Positions 8,871-19,190 of a DNA stretch of 64,000 bases are shown in pieces. The notes below the pieces were generated by a model. The model was not told the origin of the DNA. It saw nothing but the letters and a program-made list of their open reading frames with translations, and made no database searches. The position numbers and the translations under genes were made by a program. How positions within the stretch are numbered: the first letter of the stretch is position 1; the number at the start of each line of letters is the position of its first letter. The DNA comes from a virus (lineage: Duplodnaviria; Caudoviricetes), in the IMG/VR virus record IMGVR_UViG_3300029171_000002, positions 9,343 through 73,342 of that record; one strand, written 5' to 3'.

Positions 8871-11800
8871 TTAAGTGATCCTCAGATTCCGTGGCGGAGT
8901 CGGCACCGTCACCGCTACCGTGGTAAAGCTGAAGGCCGCTGCAAATGCACTGGTTCCGCCTGCGTTCGTCGCATTCACGCGCCAGAAGTATTGGGTTCCA
9001 ATCGCGAGCCCTGAAATCGCCTGAGAAGTTCCAGTGATTCCGGCTTGGTCAACGACGGTCGAACCAAACCCAGAAGAAGTAGACACCTGCACCCTGTAAC
9101 TTGCCGCACCTGCAGATGCCTGCCATACCAGAGTCGGAGCGATCGAAACTCCCGTGGCTGCATTCGCTGGGCTTGAAAGAGTTGGCGGACTCGGAACGGC
9201 CGGCAGGTTATTCACCGTGACGGATATCGCCGTGCTCGTTGTCGTATTCCCTGCCGCATCCCTGGCAACAGCAGTCAAGCTGTGTGCCCCATTCGAGGCT
9301 GTTAGAGAGTTCCAGGTAATCGAATACGGACTGGAGGTATCCTCGGAGCCAAGGTTCGCTCCGTCCAGCTTGAACTGCACTCCAACAACACCCACGTTGT
9401 CGCTGGCATTTGCTGTCACAGTCACATTGCCACTAACAGTTGCTCCATTCGCAGGAGCACTAATCGATACCAGTGGTGGCGTGATATCGGGAGCGGTCAG
9501 AGCGGACACCGAGTAGTCCTGCATCGCGAAGTTCGCGCCATTGCCTCCAGGCCGCAGGAAGAAGTTAATTCCTGGTTGTCCCGATGGGTAGGTTGTATCG
9601 GTGACTTGAGCGATCTGAATATTGTTAACCCAAGCGGTTAACACATTTCCCTGCACTCTGGCTCTGAAGACATCTCCAGTAATGAACGCCCTGCCAATGC
9701 CTCCATTCGTCACAAGGTTTGTGAAGTCACCAAATGGGCCGTTCCAGCGCATCAGCTGAAACTCACCGAAGTAGGCAAACAAGAACTCATAGCCGCGAAT
9801 CGAGTTCGAGGTATCGGCGCCACGCATGAACAGGCACACCTCGTGCGTGACCGTAAAAGTTCCAGATGGATTGCGGAACAGCGTGCAAGTCGCCTCAACA
9901 TCGTTCGGGAACCCAGAGAGCAAGGCGTAGGAATCGTCGTATGTGTCTGTGATTCCATTCGTCCCGAAGGCATTACCGCCACTGGTTCTGACAGCAGTCC
10001 ACTGGTTAGGCGTGTGGCTCCAGACCCCGCCCTCACTGATGGGATTCTCAGTCAACGGAAATGTGGTGGTGTAACTCGTGAGCGTAAGGTTATTGACAGT
10101 AACGTTGATCGAAGCACTGGTCGTGCTGTTCCCAGCCGCATCCCTCGCAACTGCGGTGAGTACATGGGCTCCGTTACTGACGCTGTTTGTGTTCCAGCTC
10201 ACCGAGTAAGGACTACTCGTGTCCTCTACGGTGATGTCAGAGCCATCGACTTTGAACGTGACACCGACCACGCCCACATTGTCAGAAGCATTAGCGGTAA
10301 CGCTCACCGTTCCGCTGACGGTCGCGCCATTGGCTGGAGCAGTAATGCTGACGCTCGGAGAAGTGGTGTCTCCAGGAGCTACGGCTGCCCCGCCATATCG
10401 GTAATAGAACTGAGCAGACGAACCTGAAGAGCGCCCAAATCCCAGCATCACTCCGGCAGCCGCGTCGAAGCCGATCGTGTTGATATTGATTCCTGAAAGG
10501 TTCGGTGTCTCGGTCTCCCATGTCTGGGCATCAACATCGAAGATTCCCAAGAGCGCAACCTGTCCGGTGTAGCTGATTGCGTTGTAAGACGGCAAAAGAA
10601 TCTTGCGACTGATCGGATCGAATGCCATCCAAGTTTCAATGTCAGTATTATTCGTTGACGCAAGACCATTGCAGATACTGGAAGGCACGGCAATGCGAGT
10701 GAACGCGCTGGAGTTGATATCAAATCTCAGCAAGTATCCCGTGCTCTGTTGCGTAGTTCTGAGGTAGCAGTAGACTGCCCGACCCAACACGTCAATGACA
10801 GATTGATCGCCATGACAGTTTGGATTGTCCGCAGGAGCAGGAAAGTTTGGCGCGGTAACTTGGCTCCAGGTTCCAGCCGCGACATTCAGGATCTCCATCT
10901 TCAGAGAGCCCGTGTCCCTGAAGCGATAGACGCGATCACCAATAGGATCGTAAACCGCGAAAGTAGCTCCAAGGTCACCGCCATAGCCGTTTGTTGGGTT
11001 AGACCACGTCACCGCCGAGTAGGCAGGCGTGGCCCCGGACGGGTCGAACTGAACCGGGTTCATGGTCAAAGTGCGCCCTGGACAGTTGGGCTGGATGTTA
11101 GCCAGATCGTTGTAGAACCCAGGGATCGTGTAATACCTGTCCCTTGCAGAGTCGTAGGCAAACCCAACATTGTCAGGGGCAGAGGGCATGAGTTGCCCAG
11201 ACAATGAGCAGTACCCGTGCTTGTTCGTCCAAGAGTTATTCCCAGGAATGTTGAAGATGTCTCTTTGCCAGATATGAGCGTTGCCGTTGTCGCTGGCTAC
11301 GGAGTCTTGATAGTCGCCGCCTGTGTTCACAATCACGCTGCGCCGAGAGTCGTAGCACATGCGGGTATGCTTAGCTGCCCCGCCCGGTGCTGGTCCTTGC
11401 CCAGCCGAAGGCGACGGTTTGCTCACCCAAGTTCTGTTCGGATAAGGATTGGCAGTCAACCGATAGGCATAGACAAATCCAGAAACGGAGTTGACCACGA
11501 TAAAGACGTTCTTCGACGGCAGGTACTGCCATTTAGAGAACGGGAATCCACCTTCAAGCCGGGTCGTGTTCAGCGGGTCGGTTGGCGGAGTAACGGTGTT
11601 CGCACCAGAAGCTGTGTTTGTCGTCCAAACCAGCGTGGTCGAATTCAAGCTGTAGGTTGTTGTTCCTCCCCACCAGGCAACGATGCGCCGGGAAACCGGA
11701 TCCCACGCCATACCAGGACCACGCTTTGTGACAATCGCAGACGCTCCGGCGCCACTGGATGTCGGTTGCGTAAGAATCCCGGTATTGAGATTGCAAACGA

Positions 11801-12542
11801 TCATCACGCTGTTACCGCAGGCGACGATGATCCGAGTGTCTGGGTCAAAACAAACACTCATGTCCTCGCCAATCGTCATACCACCCATGTCTCCAGCGGA
11901 TTGCCCCTGGAAACTTCCAAACCCACTCCAAGTATTTGTGGCAATGTTCCAACGCTTGAACACGCCACGATCGCTGAAGCCGTACATGCTGTGCGTCACT
12001 GGGTCGTAAATATAGGTTGGACCAACCCCTAGTGAGGCGTCATCGGCCTGCCTTGCCCAGCCAGCAGTCACCGGGTTCCATATCCAAGAGGCCCGCGACC
12101 CATCCCCGCCTCCAGACCACAAAGAGCCGCCGCAGCGGAACACCTTGTCAATGCCGGGAATGTAGAGGAACCCGCAGTAGGTGTGAACAGAGACGGGATT
12201 GCCGTCCGAATATTGTTGGATAATATTTGGGCTAACTGGCGCGGGACTTGGAATAACCGCATTCGAAGAAGGTCCGAACGGACGCGACCAAGTCAGAGAT
12301 CCGAAGTTGTAAGCGTAGATCTCGTTCCCAGAATAGTCACCGTGGCCACCGCCGTGGACGTAAAGGCGATTCCGCAACGTATCCATAGCTCCGCCATTCC
12401 AAGCGATCATCACCGCTGGCGGGCCTACACCAGTTAAGGGCGGAGGCTGCGGGTTCGGCGGATACACGCCGCTTTGATCCAGGCGAGAGTTTGGTATCAG
12501 ATACCACTCGCCCGGAACTAAGGTGTCAATGCTGGTGGCCAT
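8871..12542 (-). CDS. large surface/receptor-binding protein: two propeller-like domains, 2x bacterial Ig-like, lectin-like, FN3
   Basis: Duplicated VSIxAPANGATVSG.V.VTANASDNVGVVGV.FK.DG...SNGAH.LTAVARDAAGN Ig domains; terminal FN3 (YRVQVST...YFWRVNATNAGGTS); kelch-like N-terminus. Confidence 0.75.
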   Translation of the reverse strand: MATSIDTLVPGEWYLIPNSRLDQSGVYPPNPQPPPLTGVGPPAVMIAWNGGAMDTLRNRLYVHGGGHGDYSGNEIYAYNFGSLTWSRPFGPSSNAVIPSPAPVSPNIIQQYSDGNPVSVHTYCGFLYIPGIDKVFRCGGSLWSGGGDGSRASWIWNPVTAGWARQADDASLGVGPTYIYDPVTHSMYGFSDRGVFKRWNIATNTWSGFGSFQGQSAGDMGGMTIGEDMSVCFDPDTRIIVACGNSVMIVCNLNTGILTQPTSSGAGASAIVTKRGPGMAWDPVSRRIVAWWGGTTTYSLNSTTLVWTTNTASGANTVTPPTDPLNTTRLEGGFPFSKWQYLPSKNVFIVVNSVSGFVYAYRLTANPYPNRTWVSKPSPSAGQGPAPGGAAKHTRMCYDSRRSVIVNTGGDYQDSVASDNGNAHIWQRDIFNIPGNNSWTNKHGYCSLSGQLMPSAPDNVGFAYDSARDRYYTIPGFYNDLANIQPNCPGRTLTMNPVQFDPSGATPAYSAVTWSNPTNGYGGDLGATFAVYDPIGDRVYRFRDTGSLKMEILNVAAGTWSQVTAPNFPAPADNPNCHGDQSVIDVLGRAVYCYLRTTQQSTGYLLRFDINSSAFTRIAVPSSICNGLASTNNTDIETWMAFDPISRKILLPSYNAISYTGQVALLGIFDVDAQTWETETPNLSGININTIGFDAAAGVMLGFGRSSGSSAQFYYRYGGAAVAPGDTTSPSVSITAPANGATVSGTVSVTANASDNVGVVGVTFKVDGSDITVEDTSSPYSVSWNTNSVSNGAHVLTAVARDAAGNSTTSASINVTVNNLTLTSYTTTFPLTENPISEGGVWSHTPNQWTAVRTSGGNAFGTNGITDTYDDSYALLSGFPNDVEATCTLFRNPSGTFTVTHEVCLFMRGADTSNSIRGYEFLFAYFGEFQLMRWNGPFGDFTNLVTNGGIGRAFITGDVFRARVQGNVLTAWVNNIQIAQVTDTTYPSGQPGINFFLRPGGNGANFAMQDYSVSALTAPDITPPLVSISAPANGATVSGNVTVTANASDNVGVVGVQFKLDGANLGSEDTSSPYSITWNSLTASNGAHSLTAVARDAAGNTTTSTAISVTVNNLPAVPSPPTLSSPANAATGVSIAPTLVWQASAGAASYRVQVSTSSGFGSTVVDQAGITGTSQAISGLAIGTQYFWRVNATNAGGTSAFAAAFSFTTVAVTVPTPPRNLRIT

Positions 12543-12567
12543 GTAGGGTCCAAGATCTGTTCAGAGA

Positions 12568-12864
12568 TTAAGCAGAGCGCCGCCTGCTGGCAGGGATGAT
12601 GTCTGCCGGGCAGTCTTTCAACTCATGGATCGGGATCACTACGGCCTTGGTGATGAACCGCATGTACTTCGGATGCTTCTCCATCACGTCTTCCCCGTTC
12701 TCATCCATCTCGTGGCAACTCACGAAGCCAAGCGGAATATCTTTGGCCTTGTCCACGGTGCCATCGGGCATCACAAAGCTCGAAGTCGCTTGTCCGCCAA
12801 TCCCCGCGATCACGCCAGGCTTGCCATTCGGCAACAACACAAAGCTTCCAGTCTTTAGTTTCAT
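12568..12864 (-). CDS. hypothetical protein (start MKLKTG)
   Basis: SD AGGAG upstream of ATG at 12864. Confidence 0.5.
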   Translation of the reverse strand: MKLKTGSFVLLPNGKPGVIAGIGGQATSSFVMPDGTVDKAKDIPLGFVSCHEMDENGEDVMEKHPKYMRFITKAVVIPIHELKDCPADIIPASRRRSA

Positions 12865-12875
12865 AACGCTCCTTT

Positions 12876-12919
12876 CAAAACAAAAAGGCCTGCCCTCTGC
12901 TGTGCACAGAGAGCAGGCC
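12876..12919 (-). terminator. intrinsic terminator
   Basis: GGCCTGCTCTCT...AGAGGGCAGGCC stem followed by TTTTTGTTTTG on minus strand. Confidence 0.65.
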
Positions 12920-12985
12920 CGGTTACTACAGTTTGTGCGCCCGTCAGCGCCAAACACTCGTTGTCATCTCACCTGAGGGTGAGTG

Positions 12986-13789
12986 CTATTGCTCGGTTAC
13001 TCCTATTTCTGTTGCAACTACGTTGTGTGAACCACAATCTCCACAAGTGAATCTTTGCCCTGGGCCGTGTCTGCCTTTTCGCAATTGCAGATTTTCTATT
13101 CTGTTATCCGATTTATTCCCGTTGATGTGATGCACAGTCTCCGACTTCAGTAGTGGTCTGCCAAGAGACTCTGCCATCACTAATCGATGCTCATAGACAT
13201 TTCCATTTCCATCTTGCATTTCTGTGAAGAACGGATGATTCATGGAGATAGGAAGTATCTTGTAACCACGGATAATGTACCCTGTGCCTGGTGCTGATCT
13301 TGGCTTCGGAGTATGCAAACCATGAGCTTGGAGGATTCTTGATATCAGATTCTCTCCACACTGCATTTTTGAAGATATTCCCCTAATCGGCATTCCCCCA
13401 CGATAGCAAACCAACACCTCTTCGATCTTGCTGTGCTCCAATATGAAATCATGCTTCTTCGGTTCGACTCCATGCCTTTTCAGCATCTTCCTGAAACCAG
13501 AATAAGAGATGGCGAAATGCCTAGCTGTTTCCTTAAGACTGTGTGGAAACAGATAGTAGTCAACCATCTTCTTTTCAGCCACAAAAGACAACTTCGGTAT
13601 CGGACCATGTTTCTGCAAAGTAGTTGGCTGAAGTCCATTACGATACAGCACTCGATAAACAGTGTGCCTTCGCCATGATTCATCAGCCTTAGCGATCTCA
13701 CTCGCTGGCATCCCACCACGAAACAACTCCACTATTTTTGCTTCAGCTTCCACTGATAGAGACCTCGGTTTTCCTCTCATACCCTTCAA
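12986..13789 (-). CDS. free-standing HNH homing endonuclease with N-terminal HTH repeats
   Basis: YEHRLVMAESLGRPL...ETVHHINGNKSDNRIENLQL motif; lower GC than flanks. Confidence 0.9.
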   Translation of the reverse strand: MKGMRGKPRSLSVEAEAKIVELFRGGMPASEIAKADESWRRHTVYRVLYRNGLQPTTLQKHGPIPKLSFVAEKKMVDYYLFPHSLKETARHFAISYSGFRKMLKRHGVEPKKHDFILEHSKIEEVLVCYRGGMPIRGISSKMQCGENLISRILQAHGLHTPKPRSAPGTGYIIRGYKILPISMNHPFFTEMQDGNGNVYEHRLVMAESLGRPLLKSETVHHINGNKSDNRIENLQLRKGRHGPGQRFTCGDCGSHNVVATEIGVTEQ

Positions 13790-13816
13790 TCCTCCTTTTG
13801 AATTTAGGTGATTAAA

Positions 13817-13845
13817 GGGTATGTCTTGACATTATTAGTGTCAAG
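13817..13845 (-). promoter_or_regulatory. putative sigma70 promoter of the HNH gene overlapped by a palindrome
   Basis: TTGACA-17 nt-TACCCT on minus strand; CTTGACA-N7-TGTCAAG inverted repeat at 13825-13845. Confidence 0.45.
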
Positions 13846-13916
13846 TTAAATCTTTTAGAATCATTGCAAACATTAGTGTACAATCTGCATATAAAGACTG
13901 TAAACTATTGATTCTA

Positions 13917-14480
13917 TTATGCAAACTGAATCTTGGCCGTGATTGAAATTCTATCACCGTTATTCGCGATGTTATACGGTGCAGTAGGGAATTTTTCACT
14001 CCACATCAAGATGCCGGCGGTGGCAGTAGCGAAGAGATAACCATAGACATCTCCGAGTGCGCCGGTAAAGTCAAAATCCTGCTGAGAATGGGTAGACTCT
14101 GTGGTCCCGGTCGTTGTTACGGTCGACCAGTTAGAGTTCGTGATTGCCTTTTCGGCATACCCGTTTCCGGTGGCCTCGGTGTAAGTTGTGCGGGTGTCGG
14201 ACTCACCAGGCGTCACGTTGTTGGTGTACAGCTTCAGCTTCACAGTGGACGTCATGGCAGTCTTGCCCAGGGCGGCATCACCGAGTACGGCCTCACCAAC
14301 GTCGGGGACGACGAGGGCCATCTTGACTACGGGAAGATAGCACTGGTACTTGGGATCAAAGACCATGTCATCGACCACGGGGCGGTGATTGGCCACATAG
14401 AAGATATCGTGTGGATTCCTGAGCTGCTTGACGATCCCTTCCCGGACGACGCGCATTAGCAAATTGTGATTGTGAATCAT
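13917..14480 (-). CDS. putative tail-associated structural protein
   Basis: LKLYTNNVTP.E.DT..YTEA.GNGY...WS...Q.F.FT motif seen in phage tail proteins. Confidence 0.55.
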   Translation of the reverse strand: MIHNHNLLMRVVREGIVKQLRNPHDIFYVANHRPVVDDMVFDPKYQCYLPVVKMALVVPDVGEAVLGDAALGKTAMTSTVKLKLYTNNVTPGESDTRTTYTEATGNGYAEKAITNSNWSTVTTTGTTESTHSQQDFDFTGALGDVYGYLFATATAGILMWSEKFPTAPYNIANNGDRISITAKIQFA

Positions 14481-14494
14481 GGGGTTCTCTCCTC

Positions 14495-15157
14495 TTAGTT
14501 CTTGAGACTGGTAGTATATCCAGGCCCTGTGTCTGCACCTGGCTCCTCGACCAACAGGATATGGTTCTCCGCTACCCGTCTCCTTAGCGCGGAGTCACTT
14601 ACGGAACGGAACGACTCATACTGCTTGAGCGACTGCTGAAACTCGGCACCACCTTCTTTGAATCTGGCCATGTGGAAAACATAATCTCCCAAGGCATCCA
14701 CGTACTCATCATCGAGATCGATCACAGTGTCCTCGCTGAGAATCATGGGCTGCTGCAACAGCGTGAGTTCGAGCGACTGATTCGTTGTGGGGTTGGGGGA
14801 GAGAAAGAACAGATTGATTCCCACAGGCCCCCACTGCTTTGGCCTGGCTCCGGTCTGTAACTGCCAGCGCGGTTGCTCACGATCCATGCCTTCGAGGACA
14901 CGCTTCCGCAGGAAGACATCGCCACGGCTGATTTCGAGCACGGCGATCGCACCCAAGGGGGTCACTTGAAATGCCACGCTCTGCGGCAGAGAACTGGTGA
15001 CACGTTCCTGAAACTTCAGGGCAATCAAGTTGAATTCACGAATGGCATCATTCAAATGAACGAGCAACTCCTCTCGTGTCCAGAACACTGGGTTCAGCGG
15101 ATCCTCGTCCAAGAGTTCCAGCGTTTGATCAATGACCTCTGAGGCAGTGATAGCCAT
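14495..15157 (-). CDS. head-tail adaptor-like protein
   Basis: FWTREELLVHLNDAIREF...YVDALGDYVFHMARFKEG adaptor-like pattern. Confidence 0.65.
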   Translation of the reverse strand: MAITASEVIDQTLELLDEDPLNPVFWTREELLVHLNDAIREFNLIALKFQERVTSSLPQSVAFQVTPLGAIAVLEISRGDVFLRKRVLEGMDREQPRWQLQTGARPKQWGPVGINLFFLSPNPTTNQSLELTLLQQPMILSEDTVIDLDDEYVDALGDYVFHMARFKEGGAEFQQSLKQYESFRSVSDSALRRRVAENHILLVEEPGADTGPGYTTSLKN

Positions 15158-15159
15158 AA

Positions 15160-15504
15160 TTAGAGAATCGAGACAGAGACCAAGGCACCTTCACCACTGG
15201 TCTGAGAAATAATGTAAAGTGCAGCCACGTCGTGACCACCAGGAACATTCACAATAGAATCCTGCCACGCCGGCAGAGACGTGCCATCAGTGGCCGGGAT
15301 TGGCAAAACATAGAGCACGCCTACCAAGGTGGCCACAACCATCGTGCTCAGACCGATATAGATCTTGCCGGTGTTCCCTGCGATCTGCTGAACCGTGATG
15401 GAGTAACACTGCAACAGATTTTGATCCGCTGCGGCCAGATTAGCCGTCAGCCTGGCAACGGCACCGCCCGTAGAAGTAACCTTCCCAAGTGATTTGTGAG
15501 CCAT
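15160..15504 (-). CDS. small virion protein
   Basis: 114 aa, ITVQQIAGNTGKIYIG motif seen in small virion proteins. Confidence 0.45.
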   Translation of the reverse strand: MAHKSLGKVTSTGGAVARLTANLAAADQNLLQCYSITVQQIAGNTGKIYIGLSTMVVATLVGVLYVLPIPATDGTSLPAWQDSIVNVPGGHDVAALYIISQTSGEGALVSVSIL

Positions 15505-15509
15505 GATTA

Positions 15510-17174
15510 CTATCCTCTTTTCATCGGCAACCGATTTCCGGTAAAGGCAAAGAATTTTGTGATCACCCCTGCTGACTCTGTTTGCGCTTCCAGCGCCCCT
15601 ATGTCTGGAGGCGAGCCAACGGAATTCCCGGCAAGATCCGTGGTCAAAGACACCGCAGTACCGGCGCCACGCGCTGGAGACGTAGCCAGCAGCCTGAAAT
15701 CTCCTGCGGCCGCAGAGGACAGCAATGGATCCGCATTCACTCCGGCAGCGTCATAACCCAACAGCTTCCACTGCGCCCATGTCAAATCAACGCTGTTTAC
15801 TCGAATCGCTGGATTCCCGTCAGCTCTCCAATGCAGGTTATTATCAATACTGACCGTGCCGGCTTGGAGAACAATGAACACAACGGTTCGGCGCGTGTCT
15901 GTGGCCACGATCAAATTGTTCTTAATCGTCAGCACGGTGCAGGACTCATTGATCTTGATCTCCTGCTGGCTCGTGAGCCCGTTTTTCCAAATCGTGTTAT
16001 TCAAGATCGTCAAAGACAGAGTGCCTGCGCCCTTGGTTTGCTCTGTGATCCCATTCTCCGCATTCAAAACGTTGTTGCTGTAAATCAAGTTATAGGAGAC
16101 AACATAAACCGTGTTCGTTGCACCGTTTTGACCCAACTGAATGCCACTGCCCCAGTTCCCGTAGATCCGGTTCCGGTAGCAATTCGCCGATCCAATCAGC
16201 TTGATGCCGCTGCCATTGGGGTGCCCATAAACCACGTTGTCTCGAATGTCGGCCACCACAGTAGAGGCTAGAACGTAGATCCCATGGCTTCCGCTGTTTG
16301 AGTTTGCCGTTCCCAGGATGTTTTCATAGATCGTGTTTCCTGAAATCGTGATGTTCCCGAGCTGCCCCTGAATTCCTGAGAATTGCTGGCTGCGAGCCGC
16401 CGAGTCCCAGCCATTGCGGGTAATCGAACATCCGTGAATCGTTCCGGCCGTAAAATCGTTGTTCACCCAGATCCCGAAACCACCGTTGTTCTTAACCGTG
16501 CAGTAACTGATAGTGAAACTAGTGGCCGTGGTGGCGTGGATATCTATTCCAATCCCCGCACAGTTTTCGACCGTGCAGTTCTGGAACACAATACCGATGA
16601 CGCTCGTCCAACCCAGTTTGATTCCACCGGCATTGCCATAAGGCAGATTCCCAGACCTGATCGTGATCCCGTCACAGGTAACGTAGCTCGTGTTGTTTGT
16701 GTTGACCGGATCAACTCTCTGTGCTGCCTCAACAGAGCCAGAAGGGTCACTGGTGCTGTACACCGACAAAAGATTTGCTGCCCAAAACCAATCTCCAGCC
16801 GCAGTGCATGCTGCTTTTGAGGCAGACATGGATTCTGGAGCAGTGCTGCCAATAACCACGGAATAGGTCTGAGTCGTTAGAGCAACGTCCCAGATATCAC
16901 TGCCAGCCGAAACAAATCCAACAAGCCTGTCAGCGCCTGTGATCACTGGAGCTGCGCCACTACCGTAAGTGCTGAAGGTAATGGGATGACCGCTGGTGCC
17001 AGAACTCGGGTAAGTCAGGGTCTCCCTCCACGTCTCGCCTTTCTTCAGCAACACGAAGTCGTCAGCCGCAAACGTCGCTGCATTCACCTTGGCAAGAGTC
17101 CGCCATGGCAGCTGCGTCGATAACCCGCTGTTCGCATCCGATCCTAATGTGGCGTCAACGTAGTAAGTGGCCAT
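15510..17174 (-). CDS. right-handed parallel beta-helix protein (pectate-lyase-like, possible depolymerase)
   Basis: YYVD...GSDANSG...PWRTL.KV start; many N/G-rich PbH1-like repeats; C-terminal PDIGALE. Confidence 0.8.
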   Translation of the reverse strand: MATYYVDATLGSDANSGLSTQLPWRTLAKVNAATFAADDFVLLKKGETWRETLTYPSSGTSGHPITFSTYGSGAAPVITGADRLVGFVSAGSDIWDVALTTQTYSVVIGSTAPESMSASKAACTAAGDWFWAANLLSVYSTSDPSGSVEAAQRVDPVNTNNTSYVTCDGITIRSGNLPYGNAGGIKLGWTSVIGIVFQNCTVENCAGIGIDIHATTATSFTISYCTVKNNGGFGIWVNNDFTAGTIHGCSITRNGWDSAARSQQFSGIQGQLGNITISGNTIYENILGTANSNSGSHGIYVLASTVVADIRDNVVYGHPNGSGIKLIGSANCYRNRIYGNWGSGIQLGQNGATNTVYVVSYNLIYSNNVLNAENGITEQTKGAGTLSLTILNNTIWKNGLTSQQEIKINESCTVLTIKNNLIVATDTRRTVVFIVLQAGTVSIDNNLHWRADGNPAIRVNSVDLTWAQWKLLGYDAAGVNADPLLSSAAAGDFRLLATSPARGAGTAVSLTTDLAGNSVGSPPDIGALEAQTESAGVITKFFAFTGNRLPMKRG

Positions 17175-17359
17175 TAGTCCTTAGAGCGTTGTAGTGGAAA
17201 CAGATCGCGAGGTGTGTCGTTGTTCGTCTGCACGCCCATATCGGGAACAATCAGCTTTGAGCCATTGGGATCAAAGTCGGCAGGCTTGGCTGTCGTCGGT
17301 CCCCAGTCTTCAATGTGAACGGTGCGTGGTGGATTCTGTCCTTGCGCTCGGTCTTTCAT
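17174..17359 (-). CDS. hypothetical protein
   Basis: 61 aa ORF with SD AGGAG, coupled to downstream gene. Confidence 0.45.
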   Translation of the reverse strand: MKDRAQGQNPPRTVHIEDWGPTTAKPADFDPNGSKLIVPDMGVQTNNDTPRDLFPLQRSKD

Positions 17360-17368
17360 GTGTTCTCC

Positions 17369-18523
17369 TTATTCCCCGTCGTACCAATCGTGATCGCGGT
17401 AGTACTGATCGCCTAAGCGCCAGTTCCGGTAGTCATAAAAAGCGGTCATCACTGAAGTATTGTCGTCGTCGACCATCATTCTTTGCAGTGCAAACTCAGA
17501 CTCCTGGAGATACAACTTCGACGCATTCGGATCGTAATAGATTCCGCCATCGACTTTACGGTGCCCAGGCCATCTCGCGGCTTCCCCGCGCACTCGCATG
17601 AGCACTACATCTGACCTGATCCCGTTCGGCAGAAAGTCATTGTCGTCCGTCAGCGGCTGCCATTGCTTCACGTAGAAATAGACGAATTCTGCTTTTGACG
17701 TTGGCCGCGGATACAGTTCCCACAGCGGTGCCCCTGAAGGATCGGTCTCGTGAAACACGCACATGTAGGTGCTCTGGGTCGTTGTGCGTCGTGGATCCCG
17801 GATATCCAGATAGTCTTTCGACAGATCGGTTCTCAACTGCCAATGACTTTGCAGGTTCACCACAGTCAGAAGCTGCTTGCAGTCGTGACCAAAGCTCACA
17901 AACGCCTGGCTGAGCGAATAACTCTGAGTCGTGGCACTCACACCAGCCCAAGGGAAATCTACCAACAGGGTCGTCGCACTCGTTACGCCTGTGACCGTGT
18001 ACAGAGGATTATCGGCCGCAATCTTCATCTGCCGGCCAGCCAGAGAGGAAACTGTAATTGCCGCTCCGCTTGAGTGCAGGTTCTCGAATCTAGCAGTGAT
18101 TGAAGTCTCATCGGCATTCACCGCCATGATGAACACGGCTTCTTCAGCACTCTGCGCGGCGTCGATGACGATCCATTGCCCGGCCTTTAGGCCCGTGAGT
18201 GCCGCCACTACCACCGACTGAATCCGGCCACGGTCCAGAATGTCCTCAGTGATCGTTGTGCTGGCGACGTCTGATACCGGCCATGCCGTGGCTGTGCCAG
18301 TAATCTCGGTGTCCCCGTTTGTGACCGTCAAGGTCCCGGTGTTGTACTCAGCCGAAATATCCAGCATGCCGCGCTTCACGAGACCGCTCCAAGGCCGGCG
18401 AGCAATCAGTTCCCGCAAGTGATCGTTGATCTTGCGCTTGATGATCGCTTCGTCGTAGTGCGGGTAGTCGAGTAAGACTGATCGCACCATCTCGCCGAAG
18501 TTTTCGTTTTGCGGACTAGGCAT
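17369..18523 (-). CDS. head-tail adaptor-like protein with inserted beta domain
   Basis: IKRKINDHLRELI...WELYPRP....F.YFY...L.DD.D.LP; position after capsid genes. Confidence 0.6.
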   Translation of the reverse strand: MPSPQNENFGEMVRSVLLDYPHYDEAIIKRKINDHLRELIARRPWSGLVKRGMLDISAEYNTGTLTVTNGDTEITGTATAWPVSDVASTTITEDILDRGRIQSVVVAALTGLKAGQWIVIDAAQSAEEAVFIMAVNADETSITARFENLHSSGAAITVSSLAGRQMKIAADNPLYTVTGVTSATTLLVDFPWAGVSATTQSYSLSQAFVSFGHDCKQLLTVVNLQSHWQLRTDLSKDYLDIRDPRRTTTQSTYMCVFHETDPSGAPLWELYPRPTSKAEFVYFYVKQWQPLTDDNDFLPNGIRSDVVLMRVRGEAARWPGHRKVDGGIYYDPNASKLYLQESEFALQRMMVDDDNTSVMTAFYDYRNWRLGDQYYRDHDWYDGE

Positions 18524-19190
18524 TCATTCTCGCTTTAGGCTGCATCAATTCCAGAAGACGCATGGCCATCTTCGCTCGTACCTGCTTGTGACCATCTTCG
18601 TGCCGGCGCCCTTGACCTTCTTCATCCAAGTGCAAGAACTCGTTTTGCTCAACTCTGGGAACCACGTAGTTCCAATTCCCAGCAATTCGGTTTGCCATGC
18701 ACAACAAGAGGTCATCTGTTCTGTACCAACTGTGATCGAGTTGCGTTCTGAGTCTGTGTGCTTGCAGTAAGTGTTCTCGGGTACAGAAGAAGAGTCTGGA
18801 AACGATATCGACCTCGCACAGAAACTGCATTTCCTCTTCAGCGTCTTGCTCAAGTAACTGACCTTTCATTCCCAAAACGGCATTCGGTAAGGCGTCATGG
18901 TAGTAATCAAACATCTTCAGCGTGTCGTGTTGAACCACCAAGTCATCGTCCTGAAAGAAGAAAGTGTTTGAGTCACTGAGCAGTGCCACCGCAAATCTCG
19001 CCACCGGCCCAAAGTTCTGGTTCGAGTTGATAATGGCAACGTTCGTGTCCGAGTCTACCGGCAACGGCTCTGTGCCATTACAGAAGACGATCACGCGCTC
19101 TGGCTTAACGCTACCGCTGAGCAGCGCTCGCACTATAAGCGGCAAGTTCCGTTTCCGGCTCGTCGCATGCGATAGGACGACTGCAGTCAT
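18516..19190 (-). CDS. glycosyltransferase (GT-A fold)
   Basis: From MTAVVLSH; VIVFCN...NFGPVARF...FFQDDD DxD motif. Confidence 0.7.
   Translation of the reverse strand: MTAVVLSHATSRKRNLPLIVRALLSGSVKPERVIVFCNGTEPLPVDSDTNVAIINSNQNFGPVARFAVALLSDSNTFFFQDDDLVVQHDTLKMFDYYHDALPNAVLGMKGQLLEQDAEEEMQFLCEVDIVSRLFFCTREHLLQAHRLRTQLDHSWYRTDDLLLCMANRIAGNWNYVVPRVEQNEFLHLDEEGQGRRHEDGHKQVRAKMAMRLLELMQPKARMNA

Noticed and set aside
3271-12437. Long plus-strand ORFs opposite the tail genes (e.g. 3271-4359, 11217-12032)
   Set aside because: Antisense shadows of GC-rich coding sequence with no protein motifs.
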